A stretch of 45,394 nt of DNA. Source: Candidatus Limnocylindria bacterium. GTDB lineage: Bacteria; Chloroflexota; Limnocylindria; QHBO01. Made by a program: the position numbers and the translations under genes. Numbering within the stretch: the stretch's first letter is position 1; every line of letters starts with the position of its first letter. The stretch spans positions 1 to 45,394 of the forward strand of contig DASTYP010000064.1 in assembly GCA_035764845.1 (NCBI GenBank). The letters are read 5' to 3'. Below are positions 36,489-44,801 of this stretch, piece after piece. The notes below the pieces were generated by a model. That model saw only the letters and a program-made list of their open reading frames with translations. It was not told the origin of the DNA and made no database searches.

Positions 36489-37293
36489 TGATGGCGGCCT
36501 CGACCCGATCCGGCGCAACGCCGGCGTCCACGACCGCGCGTCGCAGGCGCACGGCCGAGGGCTCCGGGACCCCCAGCTCGGCCAGGCGCGGGTCGGAGAG
36601 GACGGCGTCGGCGTCGCCCTCCAGCACCACCCGGCCGCCGTCGAGCACCACGACGCGACCGGCCACGGCGGCCAGCAGGTCCGTCTTCTGCTCGGCCACC
36701 AGGATGCTCGCCCCGTCCCCCGCCAGCCGCTGGATCGCGTCGCCCACGAGCTGCGTCCCGGCCGGATCGAGCTGGGCCGTGGGCTCGTCCAGGACCAGGT
36801 GCTCGGGCCGCATCGCCAGCAGGCCGGCGATGGCCACCAGCTGCTGCTGTCCGCCGGAGAGCCGGGCCGGGTCGCGCTCGGCCAGGCCATCGATCCGCAG
36901 GGCGGCGAGGGCCTCCCAGGTGCGCTGCGCCACCTCGTCGCGCGGCACCCCGAGGTTCATCGGCCCGAAGGCGACCTCCTCGAAGACCGTGCCGGCCACC
37001 TGCGACAGCTGCGTCGTCGGGTTCTGGAAGCCGATGCCGACGCGGGACGCCAGCCGATGCATCGGCCAGGCGTCAACGTCCTCGCTGTCCAGGGTGATCG
37101 TGCCACGGATCCGGCCGCCGACCGTCCGCGGCGCCAGTCCGCTGACGACCAGGCACAGCGTCGTCTTGCCCGACTCGGACGCCCCGGCCACGCCGACCAC
37201 CGCGCCGTCGGGCAGGTCGAGGTCGACGTCCAGCAGGGCGGCCTGCTGGGCACCAGCGTACCGATAGCCGACGCCGCGCAGCGAGATGGCCAT
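36481..37293 (-). CDS. ECF transporter ATPase component (EcfA1-like)
   Basis: 270 aa from ATG 37291-37293. Walker A is GASESGKTT, the signature is LSGGQQQ and Walker B is HLVLDEPT. Confidence 0.85.
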   Translation of the reverse strand: MAISLRGVGYRYAGAQQAALLDVDLDLPDGAVVGVAGASESGKTTLCLVVSGLAPRTVGGRIRGTITLDSEDVDAWPMHRLASRVGIGFQNPTTQLSQVAGTVFEEVAFGPMNLGVPRDEVAQRTWEALAALRIDGLAERDPARLSGGQQQLVAIAGLLAMRPEHLVLDEPTAQLDPAGTQLVGDAIQRLAGDGASILVAEQKTDLLAAVAGRVVVLDGGRVVLEGDADAVLSDPRLAELGVPEPSAVRLRRAVVDAGVAPDRVEAAISG

Positions 37294-38117
37294 CAGGCGA
37301 TCCCGGCCACGCGGACGATGATCAGCGCGAGCAGCGCGAACAGGAGCGCCCAGCGAACCGCGCGCTCCCATCCCGTGTCGGGCGGCGCCCACAGCAGGGT
37401 CCGTCGCCCCGGCCGCGTGAAGCCGCGCGCCTCCAGGGCCATGGTGCGCTCCTCGACCTCGGCGATCGCGCCGAGGATCACCGGGCCGACGATCGGCACG
37501 ATCCCGCGCACCCGCCGCCACACCGACCCCTCGGTGTCGAGGCCGCGCGCCCGCTGCGCCGCGGTGATCTGGGCGGCTCGCTCCACCATGGCCGGCACCG
37601 TCTGCACCGATGCGTTCGCGACGAACCCGACCCGCGAGCTGACGCCGCGCCGCTCGAGGTCGACCACCAGGTCCGCCGGCCGCGTGGTCAGGTAGAAGAG
37701 CGTCACCGCGCCGCTGATGGCCAGGATGCGGACCAGGATCTCGAGGGCGAACGCCAGCCCCTCGGCCGTGGCGACGACCGGGCCGATCCGCAGCAGCTCC
37801 GTCGTGCCGCCGGGGAAGAAGAAGAGGTTGACCAGGAACGCGGAGACCGCGATCGGCAGGGCCAGCAGCAGCGCCGTCCTCAGCAGGCGACCCAGGACGC
37901 CGGCGAGCAGGCCGGGGAGGAGGACGGTGACCGTGACGAGCAGGATCGGTCCGACCAGGCCGCCCAGGACGACGGCCGCCACCGCCGTGACGGTGGCGAG
38001 GACCGCCTTGGTGAGCGGGTTGAGCCGGTGGAAGGCGCTGGGGCCGGGACGCCCGAGGAAGTCGGGGACGCCCCGGCTCGAGAGGGACGGATCGGTCAGC
38101 TCGTTGCGCTCCGCCAC
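37293..38117 (-). CDS. ECF transporter transmembrane (T) component, EcfT/CbiQ family
   Basis: 274 aa with the CbiQ-like pattern HRLNPLTK..., multiple TM helices and ARG-type coupling motifs (AQRARG, ALEARG). The GTG start has SD GAGGAGGG. Confidence 0.8.
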   Translation of the reverse strand: MAERNELTDPSLSSRGVPDFLGRPGPSAFHRLNPLTKAVLATVTAVAAVVLGGLVGPILLVTVTVLLPGLLAGVLGRLLRTALLLALPIAVSAFLVNLFFFPGGTTELLRIGPVVATAEGLAFALEILVRILAISGAVTLFYLTTRPADLVVDLERRGVSSRVGFVANASVQTVPAMVERAAQITAAQRARGLDTEGSVWRRVRGIVPIVGPVILGAIAEVEERTMALEARGFTRPGRRTLLWAPPDTGWERAVRWALLFALLALIIVRVAGIA

Positions 38118-39193
38118 TCACCCTCCTCGATCCCGCCGGTGTCTCCGGCCTCGAGGAGCTGCTCGCCCTGCGGGAAGCGGGCCTTCGTGCGCCGCGCCAT
38201 GGCGTTGAGCACCAGGTAGACGACGAAGAAGGTGACCAGCTTGTCGACCGGGTCCGACAGCAGCCCCTGCTGGAAGGTCGCCGTCTGCAGGTCCGAGCCG
38301 GCCTGCCGGAACGCCGCGACCAGGAAGTCGGTACCGCCTCCGGTGACCCCGCTGAAGACGTTGGCGCTGATCGGTGCGCTGATCAGCGCCGCGATGACGC
38401 CGGTGACCATCCCGGCCACCACCACGTAGGCAACGCCCAGGTCGCGCCGCGCGACCAGCAGGTAACCGAAGCCGACGACGAAGCCGACGAAGATCAGGCC
38501 CACCAGCCAGCCCAGGACGACGAACAGCGGCTCGACCTCCACGTCGGGGATGAAGAAGTTGAACGTGCTGCCGTAGAAGCGGGTGTAGGCGTAGACCGCG
38601 AGTCCGACGACCACGGCCAGCGCCACCAGTCCGCCGATCAGCAGCTCGGTCCCGGATCGGTTCGGCCGTGGCCGCAGCCAGCCCGCTCGGCCGGCGAAGC
38701 CGGCGAGCACGCCGATGACCGCCGCGACGAGGGCGAAGGCCGCCGCAGGACCGTTCTGGAAGGGCGGTGGCAGGACGTAGGTCCACAGGATGTTGGTCAG
38801 AAAGCCGGTGAAGGCGCCGGCGACCGGTCCGGCCAAGGCCCCGACCAGGATGGTGCCGATGCTGTCGAGGTAGACGGGAATCTTCAGGGCGTTCGCGACG
38901 GTGGCGCCCAGGATGACGTTGATGGCGATGGCGATGGGCATGAGCACGATCGTCCGCGTGTCGAACTGCCGCGCGATCGAGCCGAAACCCCCGGTCTGGG
39001 CGTACTCGATGGCGGCGTAGACCAGGAACGCGACGACCAGCGCGATGGCACCGATGAACGCGAACGAATCGGACCCCTCGGTGTCGAAGAAGTTCCCCGG
39101 ATCGATGCCGGTGTCGAAGTTGCCGACGGTGACGACGCCGATCAGGATGACCGCCACGAACGCCACGAGCGCGGCGATCCAGCGTACGAGCAT
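38096..39193 (-). CDS. ECF transporter substrate-binding (S) component, unusually long (365 aa)
   Basis: S-component-like blocks are LDSIGTILVGALAGPVAGAFTGFLTNILW and the C-terminal DKLVTFFVVYLVLN. Extra TM helices are present at the N-terminus and in the middle. Confidence 0.65.
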   Translation of the reverse strand: MLVRWIAALVAFVAVILIGVVTVGNFDTGIDPGNFFDTEGSDSFAFIGAIALVVAFLVYAAIEYAQTGGFGSIARQFDTRTIVLMPIAIAINVILGATVANALKIPVYLDSIGTILVGALAGPVAGAFTGFLTNILWTYVLPPPFQNGPAAAFALVAAVIGVLAGFAGRAGWLRPRPNRSGTELLIGGLVALAVVVGLAVYAYTRFYGSTFNFFIPDVEVEPLFVVLGWLVGLIFVGFVVGFGYLLVARRDLGVAYVVVAGMVTGVIAALISAPISANVFSGVTGGGTDFLVAAFRQAGSDLQTATFQQGLLSDPVDKLVTFFVVYLVLNAMARRTKARFPQGEQLLEAGDTGGIEEGEWRSATS

Positions 39194-39225
39194 GGCGAGA
39201 ACCCTCCTCCGTGCGGGGCGTGCCC

Positions 39226-40218
39226 CTAGCTGTAGGGAGCGCTGACGGCGCGCGCCAACCGCGCCAGCAGCTCGGCCTTCATCCCCTCTCCATCGATGGC
39301 GGTCGCGACGCCGACCGGGCGCCGTCCGTCCTCGGACCGATACAGGCTGCCCGCGATGTACGGATCCGAGCTCGTATCGCAGGCGAGCTGCTCACTGACC
39401 GAATCGGTCACCAGGTCCGGCCGCAGCAGCGAGCCGACCAGCACGACCGGGTCGTGCAGGTAGGCGCCGTCGATCCCGTCGGCACGCTGGTGGAAGGCGA
39501 CGTAGAAGCGCACCGCGTCGCGAACGATGCCGGCCAGGTGCGTATCGGGCAGGGCGCGCAGGTCGTCCATGGTGAAGACGACGTCCTGCGTCGCGTCGAG
39601 CGGGAAGATGCGGTGCAGGGCACCGGCCGCCAGGCACACCTCGGCCGCCTCGGGATCCACGCACGCGTTCCACTCGCCCGTCTCGGTCGTGTTTCCGCGC
39701 TCCTCGAGCGTGCCGCCCATCCAGATCACCTCGCGGGTCGAGCCCGCCAGGTCGACCCCGTGCTGGACCGCGGCCGCCAGGTTCGTCAGCGGCCCGAGCG
39801 CGACGATGGTCATCTCGCCGGGGTGGCGGCCGACGTGCGCGCCGAGGTAGCGGCTGGCCGGGATGGCGGTGTACTCGGTCGTCCCAAGCTGCCGGTCCTC
39901 GCCCCGCAGCTCGACGTAGCCGGTGCCCGTCGGGCCGTGCGTGTCCGGCGCGGTTCGCAGGCGACGCTGCAGCGGCCGGGCCGCACCGATGCTGACCGGG
40001 ACGTCACCGCGCCCGACCATACGCAGGATCTTGCCGGTGTTGCGCGCCACGTGGTGGATCTCGACGTTGCCGGCGACGCAGGTGACGCCGCGCAGGTTGA
40101 GCTCCGGGCTGGTGGCCGCGATGAGCAGCGCGATCATGTCGTCGATCCCGGTGTCCACGTCCAGGATCAACGGGCGGGGCGCGGCGGTCTCTCCCGACCG
40201 AGCGGCGTCGGCGTCCAT
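39226..40218 (-). CDS. nucleoside hydrolase (IUNH family)
   Basis: 330 aa from ATG 40216-40218. The N-terminal aspartate cluster is LILDVDTGIDDMIAL, with a GPLTNLA block and a later WNACVDPEAA motif. Confidence 0.85.
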   Translation of the reverse strand: MDADAARSGETAAPRPLILDVDTGIDDMIALLIAATSPELNLRGVTCVAGNVEIHHVARNTGKILRMVGRGDVPVSIGAARPLQRRLRTAPDTHGPTGTGYVELRGEDRQLGTTEYTAIPASRYLGAHVGRHPGEMTIVALGPLTNLAAAVQHGVDLAGSTREVIWMGGTLEERGNTTETGEWNACVDPEAAEVCLAAGALHRIFPLDATQDVVFTMDDLRALPDTHLAGIVRDAVRFYVAFHQRADGIDGAYLHDPVVLVGSLLRPDLVTDSVSEQLACDTSSDPYIAGSLYRSEDGRRPVGVATAIDGEGMKAELLARLARAVSAPYS

Positions 40219-40225
40219 CGGCCGC

Positions 40226-41140
40226 CTATGGTACGCGCCAGCCGCCGGCCTGGCCGACCTTGCTGGCCAGGGGCCGGCCGAGCGTGTCGCTGATCTCGCG
40301 CGCTGCCACCAGCAGCGCGTCCAGGTCGACGTTGTGGCGGCATCCCTCGCGGTCGAGCAGGTACACGAGATCCTCGGTGGCCAGGTTGCCGGCCGCCCCG
40401 GGCGCGTACGGACAGCCGCCGGTCCCGCCGGTCGAGGAGTCGAAGCAGCGGACACCCAGGTCCATGGCGACGGCGACGTTCGCGAGCGCGGTGCCGCGCG
40501 TGTCGTGGAAGTGCATGGCCAGGCGGTCGGGACTGATGCCGGCGTTGAGCAGGGCACCGACCACGCGACGCACGTCCGCCGGACCCGCCACGCCGATGGT
40601 GTCGCCGATGCTGAGCTCCCCGACGCCCAGGTCCAGCAGCTGCTGCGCGACGCCCACGACGGCGGCCTCGCCGACCCGGCCCTGGTACGGGCAGCCGAAG
40701 GCGGTGCTGACGTAACCTCGCGTCCACCAGCCGCGCTCCTTGGCGCGGTCGATGACCGGCCGGAACGCGTCGATCGACTCGGCGATCGTCATGTTGATGT
40801 TCGCCTTCGCGAACGGCTCCGACGCGGCGGTGAAGACGCAGACCGCCTCCACCCCGGCCGCCTCGGCCCGCTCGAGGCCGCGCTCGTTCGGGACGAGCAC
40901 CGGGTAGCGGACGCCGGGGCGCCGGTCGAGGCGCGCCATCAGCGCGTCCGCGTCCGCCAGCTGCGGGATGGCCTTCGGCGAGACGAAGCTGGTCGCCTCG
41001 ATCTCGCGCAGGCCGGCATCGGCGAGCAGGTCGATGAAGCGCAGCTTGGCGTCGGTCGGGATCGGCGTGGCTTCGTTCTGCAGGCCGTCGCGCGGACCGA
41101 CCTCGAAGATCCGGACGTCGCGGTCAGGCATCGCCGCCAT
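40226..41140 (-). CDS. hydroxymethylglutaryl-CoA lyase
   Basis: 304 aa with EVGPRDGLQNE, a DTIG block and HFHDTRG.ALAN...GGCPYAPGA.GN. The start is either 41140 or 41131; both overlap the upstream stop. Confidence 0.9.
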   Translation of the reverse strand: MAAMPDRDVRIFEVGPRDGLQNEATPIPTDAKLRFIDLLADAGLREIEATSFVSPKAIPQLADADALMARLDRRPGVRYPVLVPNERGLERAEAAGVEAVCVFTAASEPFAKANINMTIAESIDAFRPVIDRAKERGWWTRGYVSTAFGCPYQGRVGEAAVVGVAQQLLDLGVGELSIGDTIGVAGPADVRRVVGALLNAGISPDRLAMHFHDTRGTALANVAVAMDLGVRCFDSSTGGTGGCPYAPGAAGNLATEDLVYLLDREGCRHNVDLDALLVAAREISDTLGRPLASKVGQAGGWRVP

Positions 41141-43154
41141 GGTACGCGCCGGCCGGCGTCACCTCGGCCAGCAGGTCGCCGCGCTGCACCTGCTGCCCTT
41201 CCCGAACCATCAGACGGGTGAGTGTGCCGTCCGTGGCCGCGACCACGGCGTGCTCCATCTTCATGGCCTCGATCACCACCACGGTCTCCCGCGCGTGCAC
41301 CGATGCGCCCTCGCGGGCGCGGATGGCGATGACCCGGCCCGGCATCGGTGCCGTGAGCAGGGCGCCCTCGTCGCCGGATGCCCGCGCCGCGTGCCGCACC
41401 GCCTCCTCGATCGTCGGGGGTGGCGCGATCCGGAACTCGAGCGACTGCCCGTCGACGTCCACGAAGGCGCTGGCGCCGACCCGAGCCGCGGAGGGCGGAT
41501 CGCCGCTCGCGTCGAGCGAGACCGTTCGCTCCTCCCCGTCGTGCGCCAGGCGCAGGACGCGCGGCGCGTTGAGGCGCCAACCGCCGGACCAGAGCCCCCC
41601 GGCGTGGTCGAGGACCCGGGCCGCGGCCCGCCAGTGCGCGTCGCCGGGGACCGGCGCGTGCGGGAGGGCCATGCCGGCCACCGTATCGGTCCGCATCTCG
41701 CCGGCGCGCATCGGCTCCTGGCGCAGCAGCCAGCGCAGGAAGCGCACGTTCGTCCGCACACCCAGGATGGTGGTCTCATCCAGCGCGGCCATGAGCCGAT
41801 CGAGCGCCTCGGCGCGGGTGCGTCCGCAGGCGATCACCTTGGCCAGCATCGGGTCGTAGCGGTCCGTCACCTCGTCCTCGGCGGCCACCCCGGTGTCGAC
41901 GCGTACCGCGTCCGGCCATCGGACCATGGCCAGCCGCCCCGTGGCCGGGAGGAATCCGGCCTCGGGATCCTCGGCGTACACGCGCGCCTCGATGGCGTGG
42001 CCGCGCAGCGTTGGCGGGGCGGACAGCCCGAGCTCGTCCAGCGTGGCGCCCTGCGCGATCCGCAGCTGGTCGGCGACCAGGTCGCGGCCGGTGACCTCCT
42101 CGGTGACCGGGTGCTCCACCTGGAGGCGGGTGTTCATCTCGAGGAAGAAGAACTCGCCGGAGTCGGCCAGCAGCATCTCGACCGTCCCGGCGCTGACGTA
42201 CCCGACGGCCGCTGCGGCGGCGACGGCCGCCGTGCCCATCCGCTCCCGCCGTGCCGCGTCCACGGCGGGGGCGGGTGCCTCCTCCACCACCTTCTGGTTG
42301 CGGCGCTGCGTGCTGCAGTCACGCTCCCCCAGGTGGACACCGTTGCCATGTGCGTCGAACAGGACCTGCACCTCGACGTGACGCGAGCCGGCGAGGTAGC
42401 GCTCCAGCACCAGCCGGTCGTCACCGAAGGACCGATGCGCCTCGCGCCGCGCCGCCGCCAGCGCCTCCGACAGCTCGTCGGCGGTGCGCACCACCCGCAT
42501 GCCCTTGCCGCCGCCACCCGCGCTCGGCTTCACCAGCAGCGGGTAGCCGATTCGGTCGGCCTGCTCGGCGAGCGTCGTGTCGTCCTGCGCCTCGCCGTCG
42601 TAGCCGGGGATCGTCGGCACGCCGTGCTCGGAGACCCGCTGTCTCGCGGCCGCCTTGTCGCCCATCGCCGCGATGGCCGTCGCGGGGGGCCCCACCCACC
42701 GGATGCCGGCGCGATCAACCGATTCGGCGAACGCGGCGTTCTCGGCCAGGAAGCCGTAGCCGGGGTGGATGGCATCGGCGCCCGCCCTGCGCGCCACAGC
42801 CAGGATCGCCTCGCCATCGAGGTACGAGTCGATCTCGTGGCTCTCGTCGGCGCCATGCGCCGGTCGCTCGTCGGCGGCGTGGACGCCGATCACCCGAATG
42901 CCCAGCCGGTGCGCCGTCCGCGCGATGCGCACGGCGATCTCGCCTCGGTTCGCGATGAGCAGTGAGCGAATGGGTGTCGTGCTCGCCGGGGGGCCCGCTG
43001 TGCCGACCGCAGAAAGCGACGAACGCGACACTCGAACGCGCGCGCCGACCTGTCGCGCCGGGAGTCGACCGCTGGAGATCCAGCGCTGGACCGTTCGCGC
43101 CGTCACGCCGAGCTCGCGCGCGACCTGGCTGGGCGTCAGCTCCTCGTCAGCCAT
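41124..43154 (-). CDS. acyl-CoA carboxylase alpha subunit (biotin carboxylase + BCCP, 3-methylcrotonyl-CoA carboxylase-like) with N-terminal excisionase/MerR-type HTH
   Basis: 676 aa. Residues 1-50 (LTPSQVARELGVTARTVQRWISSGRLPARQVGARVRV) are an HTH_17-like motif. These are followed by LLIANRGEIAVRI, the ATP-grasp block GGGGKGMRVV, EMNTRLQVEHPVTE and the C-terminal biotinylation motif EAMKME. Confidence 0.85.
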   Translation of the reverse strand: MADEELTPSQVARELGVTARTVQRWISSGRLPARQVGARVRVSRSSLSAVGTAGPPASTTPIRSLLIANRGEIAVRIARTAHRLGIRVIGVHAADERPAHGADESHEIDSYLDGEAILAVARRAGADAIHPGYGFLAENAAFAESVDRAGIRWVGPPATAIAAMGDKAAARQRVSEHGVPTIPGYDGEAQDDTTLAEQADRIGYPLLVKPSAGGGGKGMRVVRTADELSEALAAARREAHRSFGDDRLVLERYLAGSRHVEVQVLFDAHGNGVHLGERDCSTQRRNQKVVEEAPAPAVDAARRERMGTAAVAAAAAVGYVSAGTVEMLLADSGEFFFLEMNTRLQVEHPVTEEVTGRDLVADQLRIAQGATLDELGLSAPPTLRGHAIEARVYAEDPEAGFLPATGRLAMVRWPDAVRVDTGVAAEDEVTDRYDPMLAKVIACGRTRAEALDRLMAALDETTILGVRTNVRFLRWLLRQEPMRAGEMRTDTVAGMALPHAPVPGDAHWRAAARVLDHAGGLWSGGWRLNAPRVLRLAHDGEERTVSLDASGDPPSAARVGASAFVDVDGQSLEFRIAPPPTIEEAVRHAARASGDEGALLTAPMPGRVIAIRAREGASVHARETVVVIEAMKMEHAVVAATDGTLTRLMVREGQQVQRGDLLAEVTPAGAYHGGDA

Positions 43155-43169
43155 GTCGCGATTGTCGCA

Positions 43170-43952
43170 CTACCAGCGCGGCCGGCGCTTCTCGACGAAG
43201 GCCGTGAGGCCCTCCTGGCCCTCCGCGGACGTGCGTTGCCGGGCGATGCGGCGCACGGTCTCGGCCCGCGCCTCATCCGCCGGTCGACCGCGCAGGTCGC
43301 GGATGAGCGCCTTCGCCGCGCGCGCCGCCTCCGGGCCGGCGGCGTCGAGCTCGGTCTGCAGTGCCGTCACGCGCTCGTCGAGGGCCACCTCGTCGGGGAC
43401 GACCTCGTGGACGAGACCGATCCGCTGCCCGCGTTCCGCGTCGAAGCGCTGTCCGGTGGCGAAGAGCGCGCGGGCATGTGACTCGCCGATCTTCGGCAGC
43501 ACGAACGTGCTGATCACCGCTGGAATGATGCCGAGCCGGGTCTCCGTGAACCCGAAGGTGGTGTCGGCCGTCGCGACCACCACGTCGCTCACGGCGCACA
43601 GCCCCATCCCGCCACCCAGGGCCGCGCCCTGGACGCGGGCAATCACCGGCACCGGGCACGCGTCGATGACGGCGAACATCGCCTGCATCGCGGCGGCGTC
43701 GCGTTCGTTGTCCTCGACGGAGAGGCCGATGGCGGAGCGCATCCAGTCGATGTCGGCGCCGGCACAGAACGAGCGGCCCTCACCGGCCAGCACCACGCTC
43801 CGGAGCCGGTCGGGCGGCTCGGTCGCGAGCGCCTCGAAGGTCGTGCGCAGTTCGTCGATCAGCGCGGCGTTGAACGCGTTGCGCACCTCGGGTCGGGTCA
43901 GGACGACGCGCGCGTGTACACCATCGCGTTCCAGGCGCAGCAGCCCGCTCAC
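43170..43952 (-). CDS. enoyl-CoA hydratase/isomerase family (methylglutaconyl-CoA hydratase-like)
   Basis: 260 aa with crotonase motifs RPEVRNAF, FCAGADI, GAALGGG and GFTETRLGIIP. The GTG start overlaps the upstream stop (GTGA). Confidence 0.85.
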   Translation of the reverse strand: MSGLLRLERDGVHARVVLTRPEVRNAFNAALIDELRTTFEALATEPPDRLRSVVLAGEGRSFCAGADIDWMRSAIGLSVEDNERDAAAMQAMFAVIDACPVPVIARVQGAALGGGMGLCAVSDVVVATADTTFGFTETRLGIIPAVISTFVLPKIGESHARALFATGQRFDAERGQRIGLVHEVVPDEVALDERVTALQTELDAAGPEAARAAKALIRDLRGRPADEARAETVRRIARQRTSAEGQEGLTAFVEKRRPRW

Positions 43953-44761
43953 CGGCCACGCCCCCGTCGGTGGAACGGCTCAGCGACGGCCCGCACCTGC
44001 GCCAGCAGCGGGTCCTCCAGCCAGACGACATCGGTGCCGTCGGGCACATCGACGGTGGCCGTCGTTCCGGGCTCGCCAACCAGACCCAACAGCAGCCGCG
44101 CCGATCCCGATCCGTCATCGGTCTCGACCAGGTAGGCGGCGTCTACGGCGCCGCCGCGGAGCGCATCGGCCAGGGAGCGCTCGAGATCGCGGGTATCGGT
44201 GGCTGGAAGGCGTACCCGGATGGACGCGCGGGCGGTCGGAGCGAAGAGGGGGTCGTCGGTGCCCGGGATGCGGCCCTCGGCCAGGGCGACCAGCTCCTCG
44301 GCGTCGAAGCGATACGGGACCGGCCCGGCTGGGTCCATGACGGCGGGCAGCCCGGCCGCCGCCAGGTTGCCGATCGCGATCCGCGCGGGCAGCGGGAGGT
44401 TGCCGGTGTTGGCCGGCGCCCACGCCGCCAGTGCCGCGAAGGAGCCGAAGACGACGCTCACCGGCTGCTCGCCCTCGCGCGCCAGCATCACGCTGATCTC
44501 GACCTGCTCGTCGTCGTTGACCGCGGCGGCGAGCGCCTCCTTCGCCTCCTCGCCGTGTCCCGGCGGAACGGGCAACAGCAGCGTGCCGCTCATCAGCGTT
44601 CGGTAGAACTCGTGGAGCGGGGCGCTGTCGCCTCGTGCCTCCGCGTCACGCGCGGCCAGCATCGCGTCGAACAGGTTCGCGGCGCTCGTCTCGAGCGAGC
44701 CGGAGGGCGCGCTGCGGTCGTGGGAACCCGGCGTCGGCCGGTCTTCGGCAGGCTGGTGCAT
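43949..44761 (-). CDS. SseB-like family protein (function unknown)
   Basis: 270 aa from ATG 44759-44761. The pattern FYRTLMSGTLLLPVP...VSVVFGSFAALAAW resembles the SseB N-terminal domain. This assignment is tentative. Confidence 0.45.
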   Translation of the reverse strand: MHQPAEDRPTPGSHDRSAPSGSLETSAANLFDAMLAARDAEARGDSAPLHEFYRTLMSGTLLLPVPPGHGEEAKEALAAAVNDDEQVEISVMLAREGEQPVSVVFGSFAALAAWAPANTGNLPLPARIAIGNLAAAGLPAVMDPAGPVPYRFDAEELVALAEGRIPGTDDPLFAPTARASIRVRLPATDTRDLERSLADALRGGAVDAAYLVETDDGSGSARLLLGLVGEPGTTATVDVPDGTDVVWLEDPLLAQVRAVAEPFHRRGRGR

Positions 44762-44801
44762 GGGTCCGGTGAGCCTACCGGATGCTGGTAGCATCGGCGA
44801 C

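Noticed and set aside
36481-38121. A single 546-aa ORF that would fuse a membrane region to the EcfA ATPase.
   Set aside because: The N-terminal 276 aa are Arg/Gly/Pro-rich and overlap the genuine EcfT frame (37293..38117), which has TM helices and CbiQ motifs. Only the part from ATG 37293 downstream is the ATPase.
40968-44340. Plus-strand ORFs 40968..42965 (665 aa) and 42769..44340 (523 aa).
   Set aside because: These are antisense shadows of the carboxylase and enoyl-CoA hydratase genes. They have no motifs and a low-complexity Arg/Ala/Ser/Pro composition.
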